Notes: generated from the letters alone by a model not told the origin. Numbered from the stretch's first letter, positions 46,678 to 57,323 are shown. The stretch: 64,000 bases of DNA from Bacteroidales bacterium OttesenSCG-928-B11 (GCA_030267125.1 JAJDJJ010000001.1:78027-142026), one strand, 5' to 3'. Translations and numbers: made by a program.

Positions 46678-48060
46678 TTAATTATTATTATTTTTTGAAG
46701 TGTGCAAAAGTACAATTTTATTTCCTAACTCGTTTAAATCTACTCCATTAAAATTCCCAGACGACATAAATAAGTAGACCGAAGGTGATTCGATATGCAA
46801 TAATATCTTATCAATTAATTCCTTAGAATCAGTAAAAACATCTAAATTTTCTTGATTAAAAAAGTCTTTCACGATGTTTTTTTCCAATTTAGGTAATCTC
46901 TTATGTTCTAATGCGTGAAAATTATAATAGACAATAGACGCATCAGCGCCCCTCATTGTTCCCTCGTATTCGCGTAAAAAATCCTCGTTTAAGCTGCTGA
47001 AAGTATGTAGCTCCATGAAAGCTAATAATTTACGGTTTGGAAATTGTTCGCGAACAGCTTCAATAGTGGCTTTCAGTTTGGATGGAGAATGGGCAAAATC
47101 CTTGTAAACGGCAATACTATCGCTCTTTGCAATCAATTCCAAACGTTTCGAAGCACCTTTAAATGAAGAGATCGCTTGGTAGAAATCTTTCTCGTCCACT
47201 CCAACAGCCAAGCAAGCGTGACGGGCAGCGTTGAGGTTTGCCAGATTGTGTTTTCCGAAAATTTGCAACGGAATATCGCCGTATTGTGTTTCTAAAAAAG
47301 TGGTGCCATTAGTGATATGATACGCTGGTATTGAATAGGGGATTTTGTTTTTTATAGCGATTTTTTCACTCATTTTGGCCAACACATCATCATCTTTACA
47401 ATAGATGTAAGTGCCATTTTGAGGAATCATTTCCGCAAAAATTTGAAACTGTTCCACATAGTTTTCAAAAGTAGGAAAAACGTTGATGTGATCCCAAGCG
47501 ATTCCGCTGATAATTCCGATATCCGGTTGATATAGATGGAATTTTGGACGGCGATCAATCGGAGATGTGAGATATTCATCGCCTTCAATGATCATGATGT
47601 TTGCTTCCTCACTCAATTTAACCATAACCTCGAAGCCTTCTAACTGTGCGCCAACCATATAGTCGCAATCCCGCTTTAGCTTTTGTAAAACATGGATAAT
47701 CATCGAGGTAATAGTTGTTTTTCCATGACTTCCACCAATCACGATACGGGTTTTGTCTTTGCTTTGTTCGTATAAAAATTCGGGATAAGAATAGATTTTA
47801 ATACCCAATTTTTTAGCTTTCAGTAACTCCGGGTTATCTTCCCTGGCATGCATTCCTAGGATAACCGCATCCAGATCAGAGGTAATCGCATCCGGATTCC
47901 AGCCGATGTTTTGGGGTAACAGGCCATATTTTTCCAATCTTCCTTTTGCCGGATCAAAAATTTCGTCGTCGGAACCGGTGATCTCATAGCCTTTCAAATG
48001 CAAGGCAATGGCGAGGTTGTGCATGGCGCTCCCACCGATGGCAATAAAATGTATTTTCAT
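46678..48060 (-). CDS. mpl: UDP-N-acetylmuramate:L-Ala-gamma-D-Glu-meso-DAP ligase (murein peptide ligase)
   Basis: MKIHFIAIGGSAMHNLAIALHLKGYEITGSDD N-terminus and GSHGKTTITSM P-loop. 460 aa. Confidence 0.85.
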   Translation of the reverse strand: MKIHFIAIGGSAMHNLAIALHLKGYEITGSDDEIFDPAKGRLEKYGLLPQNIGWNPDAITSDLDAVILGMHAREDNPELLKAKKLGIKIYSYPEFLYEQSKDKTRIVIGGSHGKTTITSMIIHVLQKLKRDCDYMVGAQLEGFEVMVKLSEEANIMIIEGDEYLTSPIDRRPKFHLYQPDIGIISGIAWDHINVFPTFENYVEQFQIFAEMIPQNGTYIYCKDDDVLAKMSEKIAIKNKIPYSIPAYHITNGTTFLETQYGDIPLQIFGKHNLANLNAARHACLAVGVDEKDFYQAISSFKGASKRLELIAKSDSIAVYKDFAHSPSKLKATIEAVREQFPNRKLLAFMELHTFSSLNEDFLREYEGTMRGADASIVYYNFHALEHKRLPKLEKNIVKDFFNQENLDVFTDSKELIDKILLHIESPSVYLFMSSGNFNGVDLNELGNKIVLLHTSKNNNN

Positions 48061-48085
48061 AAAACAGTATTTTTATTAACAGCGG

Positions 48086-48093
48086 CAAAGATA
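48086..48093 (-). promoter_or_regulatory. -7 box upstream of mpl
   Basis: Minus strand reads TATCTTTG, 26 nt before the ATG at 48060. Confidence 0.5.
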
Positions 48094-48131
48094 ATTAATA
48101 AGAAGCAAGGAAGACGGGGCATCATTGATCA

Positions 48132-50666
48132 TTATTCCATCATTTCTTCTTCGCTGTTTTCTCCCCGTTCGGGGGTGCGGCGTTGTTTGAAGTTGTTGAT
48201 TTTATAACTTAATGTCAGGTAGGCTTGAAATTGCGAGTTATAACGTGTGCTGGTCGCATCATAACCACTCACCTCTTCGTGGGAGTAGGTGTTTACGATT
48301 GTGGTCCGGCGATAGATCAAATCGCGGATATTCAAACTGACGGTGAGGGTTTTCTTAAAGAAAGATTTGCGCGCGCTGAGACCGAGAGAGTAGCTTGGTG
48401 AGCGTCGTCCCTGTCCTACGCCGCCACTTCCCCAGCCCATACTGCCGGTTGTCAAGGATCCGGAACGGTAACGAAAATTGAGCTGTGCCTCCCAGTCTTT
48501 GGGGAATGTGAAATATTGGTTAAGCCGCGCCCCCCATGCCCAGTCGCGGGAGAGGTTCTCATCGATCAAGTCGTCACTGTTGATGATCACGCGGTAGAAG
48601 TCGGCATTCAGATTGAAACGCCAAACCTTGTTGATTCGCATGCCAAGAACTGCTTCGAATCCAAAATTCTGACTCTTGTTCAAGTTCTCGTATGAAGTCA
48701 GCGTATAAGTGTATTCTCCGCCATCCTCATTAATCCCTTCAAAAATTTGAGTATAGCGGGTGATGATATTCTTGCGTTGACGATAGAAGGCCGTGACATT
48801 TAAGGACCCCTTTTTCATGATGTAGAGATACGAAAGTTCTAACGAATTGACAAACTCAGGCATTAATAACGGGTTGCCGACACGGAGATTCATCTTGTCG
48901 GAAATATCCACAAATGGGTTGAGTTGATAGACACGCGGACGGGAGACCCTGCGCGAATAGCTGAATTGGAAATTGTGCTTTTCCGAAGGTTCGTAGCGGA
49001 TGTGTAGCGTGGGGAAGAGGTTGAAATACGGGTTTTTGATGATGGTGTCGGCAGAACGCAAATCGGAGGAAGTGTTGGCCTGTTCGGCGCGTAAACCTGC
49101 TTGAACTTTCAATTTTTTCCAAAAAGTATTGGAATAGATGAGGTATGCGGCGTTGATATATTCGGTGTAAAGAAAATCGTTGATTTGCAAGGAGTCGATA
49201 ACTAAAGACTCTTCTCTGTGCCCATCAAAAAGGGAGTAGTCTTGACCGTTCATCCGCAGCGAGAATTTGTAGCCAGCTTCAATACGCCCGCCGTTGCCGA
49301 CTGGTGATACAAAATCAATTTGCGCAGTGGCATTCCGGTTTGACGTGATATTTTCGGTACGTTGAAAATAGTTGGGCGTACTGTCCGGGATGGTGTAAAA
49401 TTGGCTCATTCTGTTGATGTTATTGCCTTGCATCTGTGTGTAATACAAATCCGCAACTAATTCCATACCTTTTACGTTGAACTCTTTTTTATAGTTGATA
49501 TTAGCATTAAAATGGTTGTTTCCGTTATCCGATTTACTCAATTGATCGTATGTCATATAGGGGAAATATTCGCCATAACGAACCCTTGCGTTGTCGGAGG
49601 ATGTTTCGCTGGAAGAGTTTCGATTACTATTGTTATAACCGAAAGAGAAGGCCAGCGTATTTTGTTTGTTGATAAACCAGTCTAATCCCGTCCGCAAACT
49701 GTGGCTCATGCCGGAATTGTCGCTACTGTTTTCTTGAAAGAGATAGGATGTGTCAATGGTGTTAAACCAAGAGGTGCGCTCCATTGTTCCGGCACTATGC
49801 CGGCCATTTGTCCGGAAATTATAATTAAGATAAAGTGTGATTTTGTTATATGTGTAATTCAGATTCACGTTTCCATTATAATTTTCAAAGTAAGCTTTAT
49901 TTTGAAAGATGGTCATCCCGCTGCCGAGGCTTACCATGCCGGTGAATCCGCTCTCTTTTTTCTTTTTTAGCACTACGTTTAAAATGCCGGCCATGCCATC
50001 GGGTTCCAAGCGGGCCGAAGGGTTAGTGATCACCTCGATTGATTCAATTTGTGCGGCGGGAATCTGCTCCAGCGTTAAGTTTGTGGGCCGGCCATCTACC
50101 AAGATGGTCACGTTTTCACTACCCCGTAGCGTCACATTCCCCTCCAAATCCACATCCACGGAAGGGATGTCTTGCAAAACCTCCACCGCTGTGGCGCCAT
50201 CCGCCGAAATATTTGCATCCACATTGAAGACTTTTTTGTCCAAATTGGTGGTCAGCATATTCTTTTGCGCTGTAACCGTAACACTTTCCAGCATCTCTGA
50301 TCTCTCTTCCAGTTTGTAGCGCGGCATTCGGTGCATGGGATTTTCTTTCGATATCGTGAATGGCTTTGTGAGATGGTTTTTATACCCCATCGCATTAATG
50401 TCGATGTAATAGAGGCCGTAATGGATAGGGTTGAAGGAAAAGCGACCGTCTTCATCGCTGATAGTCATGCCTTGAGATAGTGAATCGGGAAGACTGCGTA
50501 TGTGGATGGTGGCGTATGGGATCGGTTGCATGCCGGCATCCACTAACGAACCCATCACAATGCCCGCACTATCGGGGATTTGTATCTGTGGGCGTTGTTG
50601 GGAATAAACGGGGAAAGAAAGGAGTAGGGTTAAGATAGAGTTGAACAGGATAATTTTTCTCATCAT
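48132..50666 (-). CDS. TonB-dependent-receptor-like outer membrane beta-barrel protein with CarboxypepD_reg domain
   Basis: Signal peptide. N-terminal carboxypeptidase-regulatory-like domain (GSLVD...PYATIHI...SDEDGRFSF). Plug-like block (VEVLQDIPSVDVD...NVTLRGSENVTILVDGRP). Long beta-barrel. Confidence 0.8.
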   Translation of the reverse strand: MMRKIILFNSILTLLLSFPVYSQQRPQIQIPDSAGIVMGSLVDAGMQPIPYATIHIRSLPDSLSQGMTISDEDGRFSFNPIHYGLYYIDINAMGYKNHLTKPFTISKENPMHRMPRYKLEERSEMLESVTVTAQKNMLTTNLDKKVFNVDANISADGATAVEVLQDIPSVDVDLEGNVTLRGSENVTILVDGRPTNLTLEQIPAAQIESIEVITNPSARLEPDGMAGILNVVLKKKKESGFTGMVSLGSGMTIFQNKAYFENYNGNVNLNYTYNKITLYLNYNFRTNGRHSAGTMERTSWFNTIDTSYLFQENSSDNSGMSHSLRTGLDWFINKQNTLAFSFGYNNSNRNSSSETSSDNARVRYGEYFPYMTYDQLSKSDNGNNHFNANINYKKEFNVKGMELVADLYYTQMQGNNINRMSQFYTIPDSTPNYFQRTENITSNRNATAQIDFVSPVGNGGRIEAGYKFSLRMNGQDYSLFDGHREESLVIDSLQINDFLYTEYINAAYLIYSNTFWKKLKVQAGLRAEQANTSSDLRSADTIIKNPYFNLFPTLHIRYEPSEKHNFQFSYSRRVSRPRVYQLNPFVDISDKMNLRVGNPLLMPEFVNSLELSYLYIMKKGSLNVTAFYRQRKNIITRYTQIFEGINEDGGEYTYTLTSYENLNKSQNFGFEAVLGMRINKVWRFNLNADFYRVIINSDDLIDENLSRDWAWGARLNQYFTFPKDWEAQLNFRYRSGSLTTGSMGWGSGGVGQGRRSPSYSLGLSARKSFFKKTLTVSLNIRDLIYRRTTIVNTYSHEEVSGYDATSTRYNSQFQAYLTLSYKINNFKQRRTPERGENSEEEMME

Positions 50667-50688
50667 ATATTTAGATACTTTTATGCAA

Positions 50689-50729
50689 TAAAAAAACCCA
50701 GCATAGACAATCTGTATTATGCTGGGTTT
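50689..50729 (-). terminator. terminator downstream of the ppiD-like gene
   Basis: aaaaaaaa-CCCAGCATA-(12 nt)-TATGCTGGG-ttt. Confidence 0.8.
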
Positions 50730-50748
50730 AACTTAGGGGTAAAATATT

Positions 50749-52977
50749 TTATGGAATCAATCGACCTCTATTATCGAGGATCTCAATATTTTTTCTCAAA
50801 CCGGTGATTACCATGTATTCATTGCGCATGCCTCTGCCCGAAAAGATGTTACGTAATAAGAACTTCTCTTGTTGGAGTGTTTCGGAAGGTTGTGCGCCGT
50901 CCACTACACTGCCGGCTGCAAAAACATAAACATTGTCTTTGCCGGCAATTGTCTGCACACCGTTGTTGGAACTTTTAGCGAACATTTCTCCGGTAGCACC
51001 GTTGTCAACACCTCTGTTTTGGCCTTGTTCGCCAAGATAAGTCATTTTCACGCTGTCCATTACGATGGAGCCATACGCGGAAGCCACATCTTTCATTGAT
51101 TTTCCAGCGGCGATTTCAGCGGCGATTTTCTCTTTCACTAATTCCACCTTTTTAATATGTGTCATCTCTGCGGAAATAGCATCTTTAACATCTTCAAATT
51201 TAGGAGTGCCTTGCGGATGTTTTTCCACTACGGTTGCCACGGCAAAATAGCCGTTGTCTAATTTGAAAATATCGGAAACCGCATTTTTCGCAGTGTTTTC
51301 GTTGAATGCCCAATAAACAACCGATCTAAAACCTGGCATTTGGTTGATAGATGTTGCCATAGGAGTGATGGCATTTCCGTTCATTACTTGTACGCCAGCG
51401 TTATTGGCTTCAGTGTGAAATTCTTCGGTGGTGCTACTTGCCGATGCCAATTGTTGTGCTTGCGAACGCAATGAGTTAATCGTTTCATCCGAAGCAATGA
51501 TGTCAGCTGCGTAAAGAGCATATTGTTTTTTAATTATCGGATCCGTTTTAGCCAGGACTTGGAAAATATTGTAAGCGGTAGCTTTATTGTTTTCAACATA
51601 AACCCCGCCAACAGGAGTTTCGAGCAGGTTGGAGTATAAATCTATGTTGCCGCGGAAATCGTCTTCGGAAATCCACAGTGTAGTATCGGTTGCATTTCTG
51701 CCGCCAAGATAATTTGGCAACAATTCAAAAACGGAAGCTTCGCCGTTCAATATCACATTTTTCACACTGTCAGCTTCAAGACGAGCCTCTTTTTTAGTGC
51801 GGGTGCCGTTCGGATTTTGTTGAGACTTGTAATCCACGAATAATAAAGCAACCAATATGGAGTCAGAGCGTTGCGCGGTTCCGAATGTCTGTCCGTAAAA
51901 CCAGATTTGGTCTTCATGGTTGTAAGGTTCGATGTAGTCGCCAGGGGCGGAATTGAAGATGATTTTTTCTAATGTGTCGATCACATCCAATGCGATATAT
52001 CCGTTTGTCGTGTTTACAATCAGATTGCTTCCGGCTTTATGGTATGAGCTGTCCACGATTTGGAACATTTGCGCCCTGTTGAAGCTGTCAAGAGTTGTAG
52101 ACTGCAAGTTCTCGAATTTCTCCCGAATTTCATTCTCAATATTTTGCTTATCTGTATTTGTCGGTATAATTGGGAAAAGAGCGATATCGATGTCGCGTGT
52201 TTCCACCAAATTGTTATAACGGAATTTATTCTCGTTATACCAGTTTTTCATCTCTTTTTCAGAAACAGTTGCATCGATTTCAGCGAAAGAGGCGTGCTGC
52301 GGATTGATGCTCATCAATTGCGCCGTCATTGTTTTATTTTCAGTGGCGATTTTTTTCGCTAACTCATCCGAGAAATTCATTGTGCCCATAGCGAATCCTC
52401 TGTAAGTATTCATTTTGCTTTCGAAAACGATCCGGTCTTGGATAACCTTATACATATAATATAAGTCAGCATAGTCCGGCTGGTCTTTTAAGTCGCGGAT
52501 GCTCATGAGTACTTGTTGGGCAAACTCCTCGCCTCTCATTTTTGCCAAGTAGCTATAATAGCCAATCAGGTAGTTATTTGGTTGTTGGGTAGATAGAGTG
52601 GCGAATACCTCATCCATGATGACCTCAATTGCTTCGTCGGTGTAGATGATGCCTAACGATTCAAACTCCTTGTTTAATGTGATCTCTGTGAGCAGTTGCT
52701 CCCAAGTTAACTCGTGGATGAAATAGGTCTCAGCCTCTTCCAATGTGTTTTTGTCGTTTAATATTTTATACAAAACAGTGAGTTCTTCGTACAAAGTAGC
52801 GTAACGCTCATCAACATATTGCCCGTCTATTTTGCCTCGCGTGTACTGGTCACCGTGGATGAACCTATTTAACGTGTTTCCATCAAAAAGTCCGGTTAAT
52901 AAAAAGAGTACCAGAGCAAAACCAATAACTATCATCATTAGTACCCCGTGTTTGCGAATTGATCCAATTGCTGCCAT
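50749..52977 (-). CDS. PpiD/SurA-like periplasmic chaperone (peptidyl-prolyl isomerase family)
   Basis: 742 aa. N-terminal anchor MAAIGSIRKHGVLMMIVIGFALVLFLL as in PpiD. Long helical chaperone region. Confidence 0.7.
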   Translation of the reverse strand: MAAIGSIRKHGVLMMIVIGFALVLFLLTGLFDGNTLNRFIHGDQYTRGKIDGQYVDERYATLYEELTVLYKILNDKNTLEEAETYFIHELTWEQLLTEITLNKEFESLGIIYTDEAIEVIMDEVFATLSTQQPNNYLIGYYSYLAKMRGEEFAQQVLMSIRDLKDQPDYADLYYMYKVIQDRIVFESKMNTYRGFAMGTMNFSDELAKKIATENKTMTAQLMSINPQHASFAEIDATVSEKEMKNWYNENKFRYNNLVETRDIDIALFPIIPTNTDKQNIENEIREKFENLQSTTLDSFNRAQMFQIVDSSYHKAGSNLIVNTTNGYIALDVIDTLEKIIFNSAPGDYIEPYNHEDQIWFYGQTFGTAQRSDSILVALLFVDYKSQQNPNGTRTKKEARLEADSVKNVILNGEASVFELLPNYLGGRNATDTTLWISEDDFRGNIDLYSNLLETPVGGVYVENNKATAYNIFQVLAKTDPIIKKQYALYAADIIASDETINSLRSQAQQLASASSTTEEFHTEANNAGVQVMNGNAITPMATSINQMPGFRSVVYWAFNENTAKNAVSDIFKLDNGYFAVATVVEKHPQGTPKFEDVKDAISAEMTHIKKVELVKEKIAAEIAAGKSMKDVASAYGSIVMDSVKMTYLGEQGQNRGVDNGATGEMFAKSSNNGVQTIAGKDNVYVFAAGSVVDGAQPSETLQQEKFLLRNIFSGRGMRNEYMVITGLRKNIEILDNRGRLIP

Positions 52978-53019
52978 ATCAACAAATTTATTATTTTTAG
53001 ATTTTTAAAATTCAAGGCG

Positions 53020-53027
53020 CAAAAATA
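53020..53027 (-). promoter_or_regulatory. -7 box upstream of the ppiD-like gene
   Basis: Minus strand reads TATTTTTG. Confidence 0.45.
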
Positions 53028-53074
53028 GTATTTTTTTTGAGATAAATTTTTTTCGAGAGAAAGAAAAATTTACT

Positions 53075-53082
53075 TACTTTTG
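53075..53082 (+). promoter_or_regulatory. -7 box upstream of rplY
   Basis: TACTTTTG, 43 nt before the ATG at 53125. Confidence 0.5.
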
Positions 53083-53124
53083 CACGCTTTTAAAAAGACC
53101 AGTAATTAATTAAAAAAAAGAACA

Positions 53125-53697
53125 ATGAAATCAGTATCTATTAGCGGTTCTCTAAGGGAGAACGTAGGGAAAAAAGATGCAAAAGCACAAAGAGTTAACG
53201 GCATGGTGCCTTGTGTTTTATACGGTGGGAAACAACAATACCAATTTGTAGTGCCGGAAGAACAATTCCGGAAATTACTTTATACACCCGAAGTGCGGTA
53301 TGCTGAGCTTACCGTGGGAGATAGAACATGTAATGCCATCGTGCAAGCAACTCAATTTCATCCTATTAGCGATAAATTGTTGCATGTTGACTTCTTGGAA
53401 GTTATCGATGGGAAACCTATTACGATTGATATTCCAATCAAAATAACCGGAACTTCGCCCGGTGTTCTCCGCGGTGGGAAATTGGCGAAAAAAGTGAGAA
53501 AATTGAAAGTGAAAGGTGAATTGAAAGATATTCCGGAAAATATCATGGTGGATATTTCAAACCTTGAAATCAATGATACATTTAAAATTGGCAATTTGGG
53601 AATAGATAAAATCCAATTTATGGAAAGTCCTAACAAAATCATACTTTCTATCCTTACGACAAGAAATGTGGAAGCTTCTGCTGAAAACGAAGGGTAA
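53125..53697 (+). CDS. rplY: 50S ribosomal protein L25/general stress protein Ctc
   Basis: RENVGKKDAKAQRVNGMVPCVLYGG...HPISDKLLHVDFLEV is typical of long-form L25/Ctc. Confidence 0.9.
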   Translation: MKSVSISGSLRENVGKKDAKAQRVNGMVPCVLYGGKQQYQFVVPEEQFRKLLYTPEVRYAELTVGDRTCNAIVQATQFHPISDKLLHVDFLEVIDGKPITIDIPIKITGTSPGVLRGGKLAKKVRKLKVKGELKDIPENIMVDISNLEINDTFKIGNLGIDKIQFMESPNKIILSILTTRNVEASAENEG

Positions 53698-53722
53698 GCA
53701 TGGTCTGTTTTTCCTGAAAGAC

Positions 53723-53760
53723 AAAAAAAAGTTGCTTGAGAAATCAGGCAACTTTTTTTT
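53723..53760 (+). terminator. terminator downstream of rplY
   Basis: aaaaaaaaGTTGC-(12 nt)-GCAACtttttttt. Confidence 0.75.
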
Positions 53761-53767
53761 ATATTTG
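53760..53767 (+). promoter_or_regulatory. -7 box upstream of the T9SS protein gene
   Basis: TATATTTG, immediately after the rplY terminator. Confidence 0.45.
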
Positions 53768-53793
53768 CGGATTGTTAATTAAAACCTGATCTC

Positions 53794-54828
53794 ATGAAAA
53801 AAACATTACAAATTACTTCTATTTTGTTCCTTTTAATTATGATGTGCACTCATTTTGTTAAGGCACAAGATGATACACACTATTGGATCAAAGAAAACTT
53901 TAGAACATTTGATCTCCCCATTGACTATTATCAATTTGACACCTCTTACGCTACTTTGCCTACTGGAGTTGAGCTGCACGCTTATTATGCCAATACCGAG
54001 TATTCGGAAGGCGAGTGTCAAAACGATAGTATCCATTTTAGGATTCGTGGATTAAAAGATGGTGGGTTCGCCTATTTTACAGTACCTGACGCTAAAATTG
54101 TCACCATCGACGTGAAAGGGAAAAGCAACTCGGAAGATCGTATTGCTTATCTTTACAGAAATGACCAACTGATCGATTCAATCACCGGCTTGGATCGCGA
54201 CCATTGCGGGACATTTATCGATTCGGTATTTACAAAAGAGGAAGTTACGTACAAAATTACCGGAGGAGATGTTGCTAGTACGAAGCCGGTGGTGATCACA
54301 TACATCGAGGTGGAGAAAATGATTCAAACTTATACCGTTGATGCCACGGCAAGTGCTAATGGAACGATTGCTCCTTCAGGTATATTCACCATGGTGGAAG
54401 GTGCGGATACTGTTTTTATCATCAAACCGAATAATGGTTACAAAGTTGATAATATTGTAGTTAATGGTCTTCCGGTTACGTTGGAACAAGATTCAATCTA
54501 CCGCTTGCAAAATATCACGGAAGATCAAGTGATCCGGGTTGATTTTGCATTGGCGACTTCGCGCCACACTAAGAGCGATGGAATAATGGTTTACCCCAAT
54601 CCGGCGCAAGAGTTCCTTTATGTAGAGGACCGCAATGCAAACACAAATCTCATCTACCATAAGATAGAGATATATACACCGATGGGCAAGAAAATTTTTG
54701 AGAGCGAAAACAAAGGAAATCCAAAGATGATGATCGATTTGAGTAAGTATGCCAATGGGGCTTATTTGCTGCATATCTCTGTTGGAGATGGCGTGGTAGT
54801 GAAAAAATTCGTTGTTGAGAAAAGATAG
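53794..54828 (+). CDS. T9SS-secreted protein (Ig-like repeat plus C-terminal sorting domain)
   Basis: Signal peptide. YTVDATASANGTIAPSG...NGYKVDNIVVNG repeat domain. C-terminal VYPNPAQEFLYV...GAYLLHI... Por-secretion tail. Confidence 0.8.
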   Translation: MKKTLQITSILFLLIMMCTHFVKAQDDTHYWIKENFRTFDLPIDYYQFDTSYATLPTGVELHAYYANTEYSEGECQNDSIHFRIRGLKDGGFAYFTVPDAKIVTIDVKGKSNSEDRIAYLYRNDQLIDSITGLDRDHCGTFIDSVFTKEEVTYKITGGDVASTKPVVITYIEVEKMIQTYTVDATASANGTIAPSGIFTMVEGADTVFIIKPNNGYKVDNIVVNGLPVTLEQDSIYRLQNITEDQVIRVDFALATSRHTKSDGIMVYPNPAQEFLYVEDRNANTNLIYHKIEIYTPMGKKIFESENKGNPKMMIDLSKYANGAYLLHISVGDGVVVKKFVVEKR

Positions 54829-54859
54829 ACGTTGTTTTGCTTATAGTTGAAATTTATCA

Positions 54860-54899
54860 ATCTGAAAAACAGTTTGACATCTGTTTTTCAGATTTTTTT
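54860..54899. terminator. bidirectional terminator between the T9SS protein gene (+) and the DUF721 gene (-)
   Basis: ATCTGAAAAACAG-tttgacat-CTGTTTTTCAGAT-tttttt. Perfect 13-bp stem. Confidence 0.85.
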
Positions 54900-55179
54900 A
54901 TCTGAAAATGACATCCTTCACAACCGGAACTCCCGCTTTCTCATTGATTTTCTTGATGATTTCGCTTTTACGTCCCATCATCTCAAACTTCAAGGAGGCA
55001 TTGAGCAACGAAACATACAGCACGCCATTTTGCATCGAGACACTCTTGGTGTATCGAAAAATAGAATCGCCCATTTCAGTCTTCCATAATTGAACCGCAA
55101 CTTGCTCGTAGTATATGTTACTCTTTTGATTTTTGCGCAAAAAATCTTCAATTAATTCGCTGATCTTAAATTCGCTCAT
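54898..55179 (-). CDS. DUF721 (DciA-like) small protein
   Basis: 93 aa. W....G..I...T....M.NGVLYV...NASLKFEM pattern typical of DUF721. Confidence 0.65.
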   Translation of the reverse strand: MSEFKISELIEDFLRKNQKSNIYYEQVAVQLWKTEMGDSIFRYTKSVSMQNGVLYVSLLNASLKFEMMGRKSEIIKKINEKAGVPVVKDVIFR

Positions 55180-55696
55180 TCTTCTTTAGCTCTTTTAAAT
55201 TCCGTGATATCTTTCTCTTTATCATTTTAATAGATGGAACAGATGTTTCTACTTCCATGTTTTCTAAAACACATTCCAGTTCTTGGCGTAATTCGGGGTA
55301 TGGCTTGCACATCTTGAAAGCGAGCTTGGCGCTGAGAGTGATGATGCCGGGAGGCTCCAGTAACGAGCGCAGGTTTAGTAAGCAACGGTCGAGAAGGTCG
55401 ACACGTGTCGGCTCGGGGAGTGGATTGAGGTTGATGAGTGTCAATAATAACCGCCTTTTGCCCACATGATTGCAGACGAGAGCCTCGTCAATAAGCGCAT
55501 TTTGCTTGTTTGCCAGCCACTTGATCTCGTCGGGATTAAAGTGGGTGAATACCCACGCTGCTTGATAAGCGACCGTATCATCCTCGTCGAAAAGCAACAC
55601 GTACAACTCTTCAAGCAATGTCTGGTCGCTCCGAATGTTAGCGATGACCTTCCTGATATATCCGATACTGATGCGTTTAGATAAATGTGATTTCAT
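55166..55696 (-). CDS. hypothetical all-helical (HEAT/ARM-like) protein
   Basis: 176-aa ORF overlapping the DUF721 start by 14 nt. I could not recognise a confident family. Confidence 0.45.
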   Translation of the reverse strand: MKSHLSKRISIGYIRKVIANIRSDQTLLEELYVLLFDEDDTVAYQAAWVFTHFNPDEIKWLANKQNALIDEALVCNHVGKRRLLLTLINLNPLPEPTRVDLLDRCLLNLRSLLEPPGIITLSAKLAFKMCKPYPELRQELECVLENMEVETSVPSIKMIKRKISRNLKELKKNERI

Positions 55697-55725
55697 GTTG
55701 CAAAACTAAACAACCGGATAATTAA

Positions 55726-56499
55726 CTATTCGGTTGCGGTATGAGTAAAGATTTTCCAGCTTTTCTCCGCCTGTATTTCAAACATCCGATTTCCGTTCAA
55801 TATTTTTGCGCCTTTTTCTTCGCCAAGTTGCAAGAATGGTGTTTTTTCAGGATTATAGATCATGTCAAAAAGGTGGTGTTTGTCCGTGATATTATCCGGA
55901 GAGATCGGTAACTGTTGAGTTGGGAAGTTAAGCATGCCGACAGGTGTGGCGTTGACCAACAAACTGTGCTCTGCAAACATTGACGGCGTAATCTCTTCGT
56001 AAGTGATGTAGCCCTTTTGGGTAGTACGCGACACTTTGGTGACAGTGATGCCTTGCATCTCCAAGGCATAGTGGGCAGCCGCGGCCGCACCTCCACTTCC
56101 AAACACCATTGCTTTGCGGAAATCCAATCCCCAAGCTTCTTCCAGCGATTCGATGAAAGCGTCGGCATCCGTGTTGTAACCGATCAGCTCAGTAGTCTCA
56201 CCTTCGTGAACGATCTTGATAGCGTTTACGGCTCCGATTTCTTCCGCAGTCTTATCCAATCGGTGAAGGTGTGGAATGACTGTTTGCTTGTGTGGAGTCG
56301 TGACATTTAGACCATATAAAAAAGGGTGGCTTTTAATGAGTGGGTGTATTTTGAAAATAGTGTCGATCTCGAAGAGATGGTAGAAATGCCAAGCCAGGTT
56401 TTCCTTTTCAAACTTTTGATGGAAATACTGGGGGGAACGGCTGTGTGATAGCGGAAAGCCGATGATGCCGAATTCTCTAACTACATTATGTTCTGCCAT
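55726..56499 (-). CDS. aroE: shikimate dehydrogenase
   Basis: GIIGFPLSHSRSP..., LNVTTPHK, GAVN...G.NTD and FGSGGAAAAA (NADP Gly-rich) blocks. Confidence 0.85.
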   Translation of the reverse strand: MAEHNVVREFGIIGFPLSHSRSPQYFHQKFEKENLAWHFYHLFEIDTIFKIHPLIKSHPFLYGLNVTTPHKQTVIPHLHRLDKTAEEIGAVNAIKIVHEGETTELIGYNTDADAFIESLEEAWGLDFRKAMVFGSGGAAAAAHYALEMQGITVTKVSRTTQKGYITYEEITPSMFAEHSLLVNATPVGMLNFPTQQLPISPDNITDKHHLFDMIYNPEKTPFLQLGEEKGAKILNGNRMFEIQAEKSWKIFTHTATE

Positions 56500-56540
56500 T
56501 GTTTTGAACTTGTCATATTTTACATCCAGAAAAGCATCAA

Positions 56541-57323
56541 TTATTTTTCCGATGTGGATTTTCTGCGTTTTTTAATTGCTTTGAAGATGAGGTAACACGC
56601 AAGCAGTGCTGCAAGTCCCAGTAAAACCCATGAAAGTTCATGGCTGTATTTGTCGATGAGGTCGCGTTGTCCATGTGCGACAAATCCTAAGACAGCCAAA
56701 ATTATATTCCAAATACCGGCGCCCAGCATGGTGAAAAGGATGAAGGGGGTGATTTTCATTTTTGCCAAACCGGCAGGGACGGAAATCAGTTGTCGGATGC
56801 CTGGAACCAAACGACCGATAAAGGTGGAAATGTTGCCGTGTGCCACAAAGTAGTCTTCGGCTTTTTTTATCTTTTCGCCGTTGAGTAGCAGGAGATGTCC
56901 TAACTTGCTGTCGGCAAACCAATAGATGATAGGCCGTCCTAAAAACAGAGCCAGAAAGTAGTTGATTAATGCACCCACTATAGCACCCAGCGTGGCAAAG
57001 AGTACTACTAATGAGATGTTGATGAATTTGCTGTCTGTAGTATAAAGCGAGGTGTTCTCGGGGTTGCAGGCAGCGTAAGCGGCAGGCGGTACCACAACCT
57101 CTGAAGGAAACGGGATGAACGAACTTTCAATGGTCATCAGCAATGTTACTGTGCCGTAGTTCAGATTATCCATATACCAATCCACAACCCGGTTGACAAA
57201 TGATGATTTCTCAACAGTTTCGGTAGGTTGTTGCACTGAAAGCGAATCAATATGCTCATGGGCAGAACAACTGCAAAACAGCGCCACGGTGAAAAAAATG
57301 GTGTAAAAAGCTTTTTTCATCAA
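56541..57323 (-). CDS. DedA-family membrane protein
   Basis: ESSFIPFPSEVVVPPAAY and GRLVPGIRQLISVPAGLAKM blocks typical of DedA/SNARE-associated proteins. Confidence 0.85.
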   Translation of the reverse strand: MMKKAFYTIFFTVALFCSCSAHEHIDSLSVQQPTETVEKSSFVNRVVDWYMDNLNYGTVTLLMTIESSFIPFPSEVVVPPAAYAACNPENTSLYTTDSKFINISLVVLFATLGAIVGALINYFLALFLGRPIIYWFADSKLGHLLLLNGEKIKKAEDYFVAHGNISTFIGRLVPGIRQLISVPAGLAKMKITPFILFTMLGAGIWNIILAVLGFVAHGQRDLIDKYSHELSWVLLGLAALLACYLIFKAIKKRRKSTSEK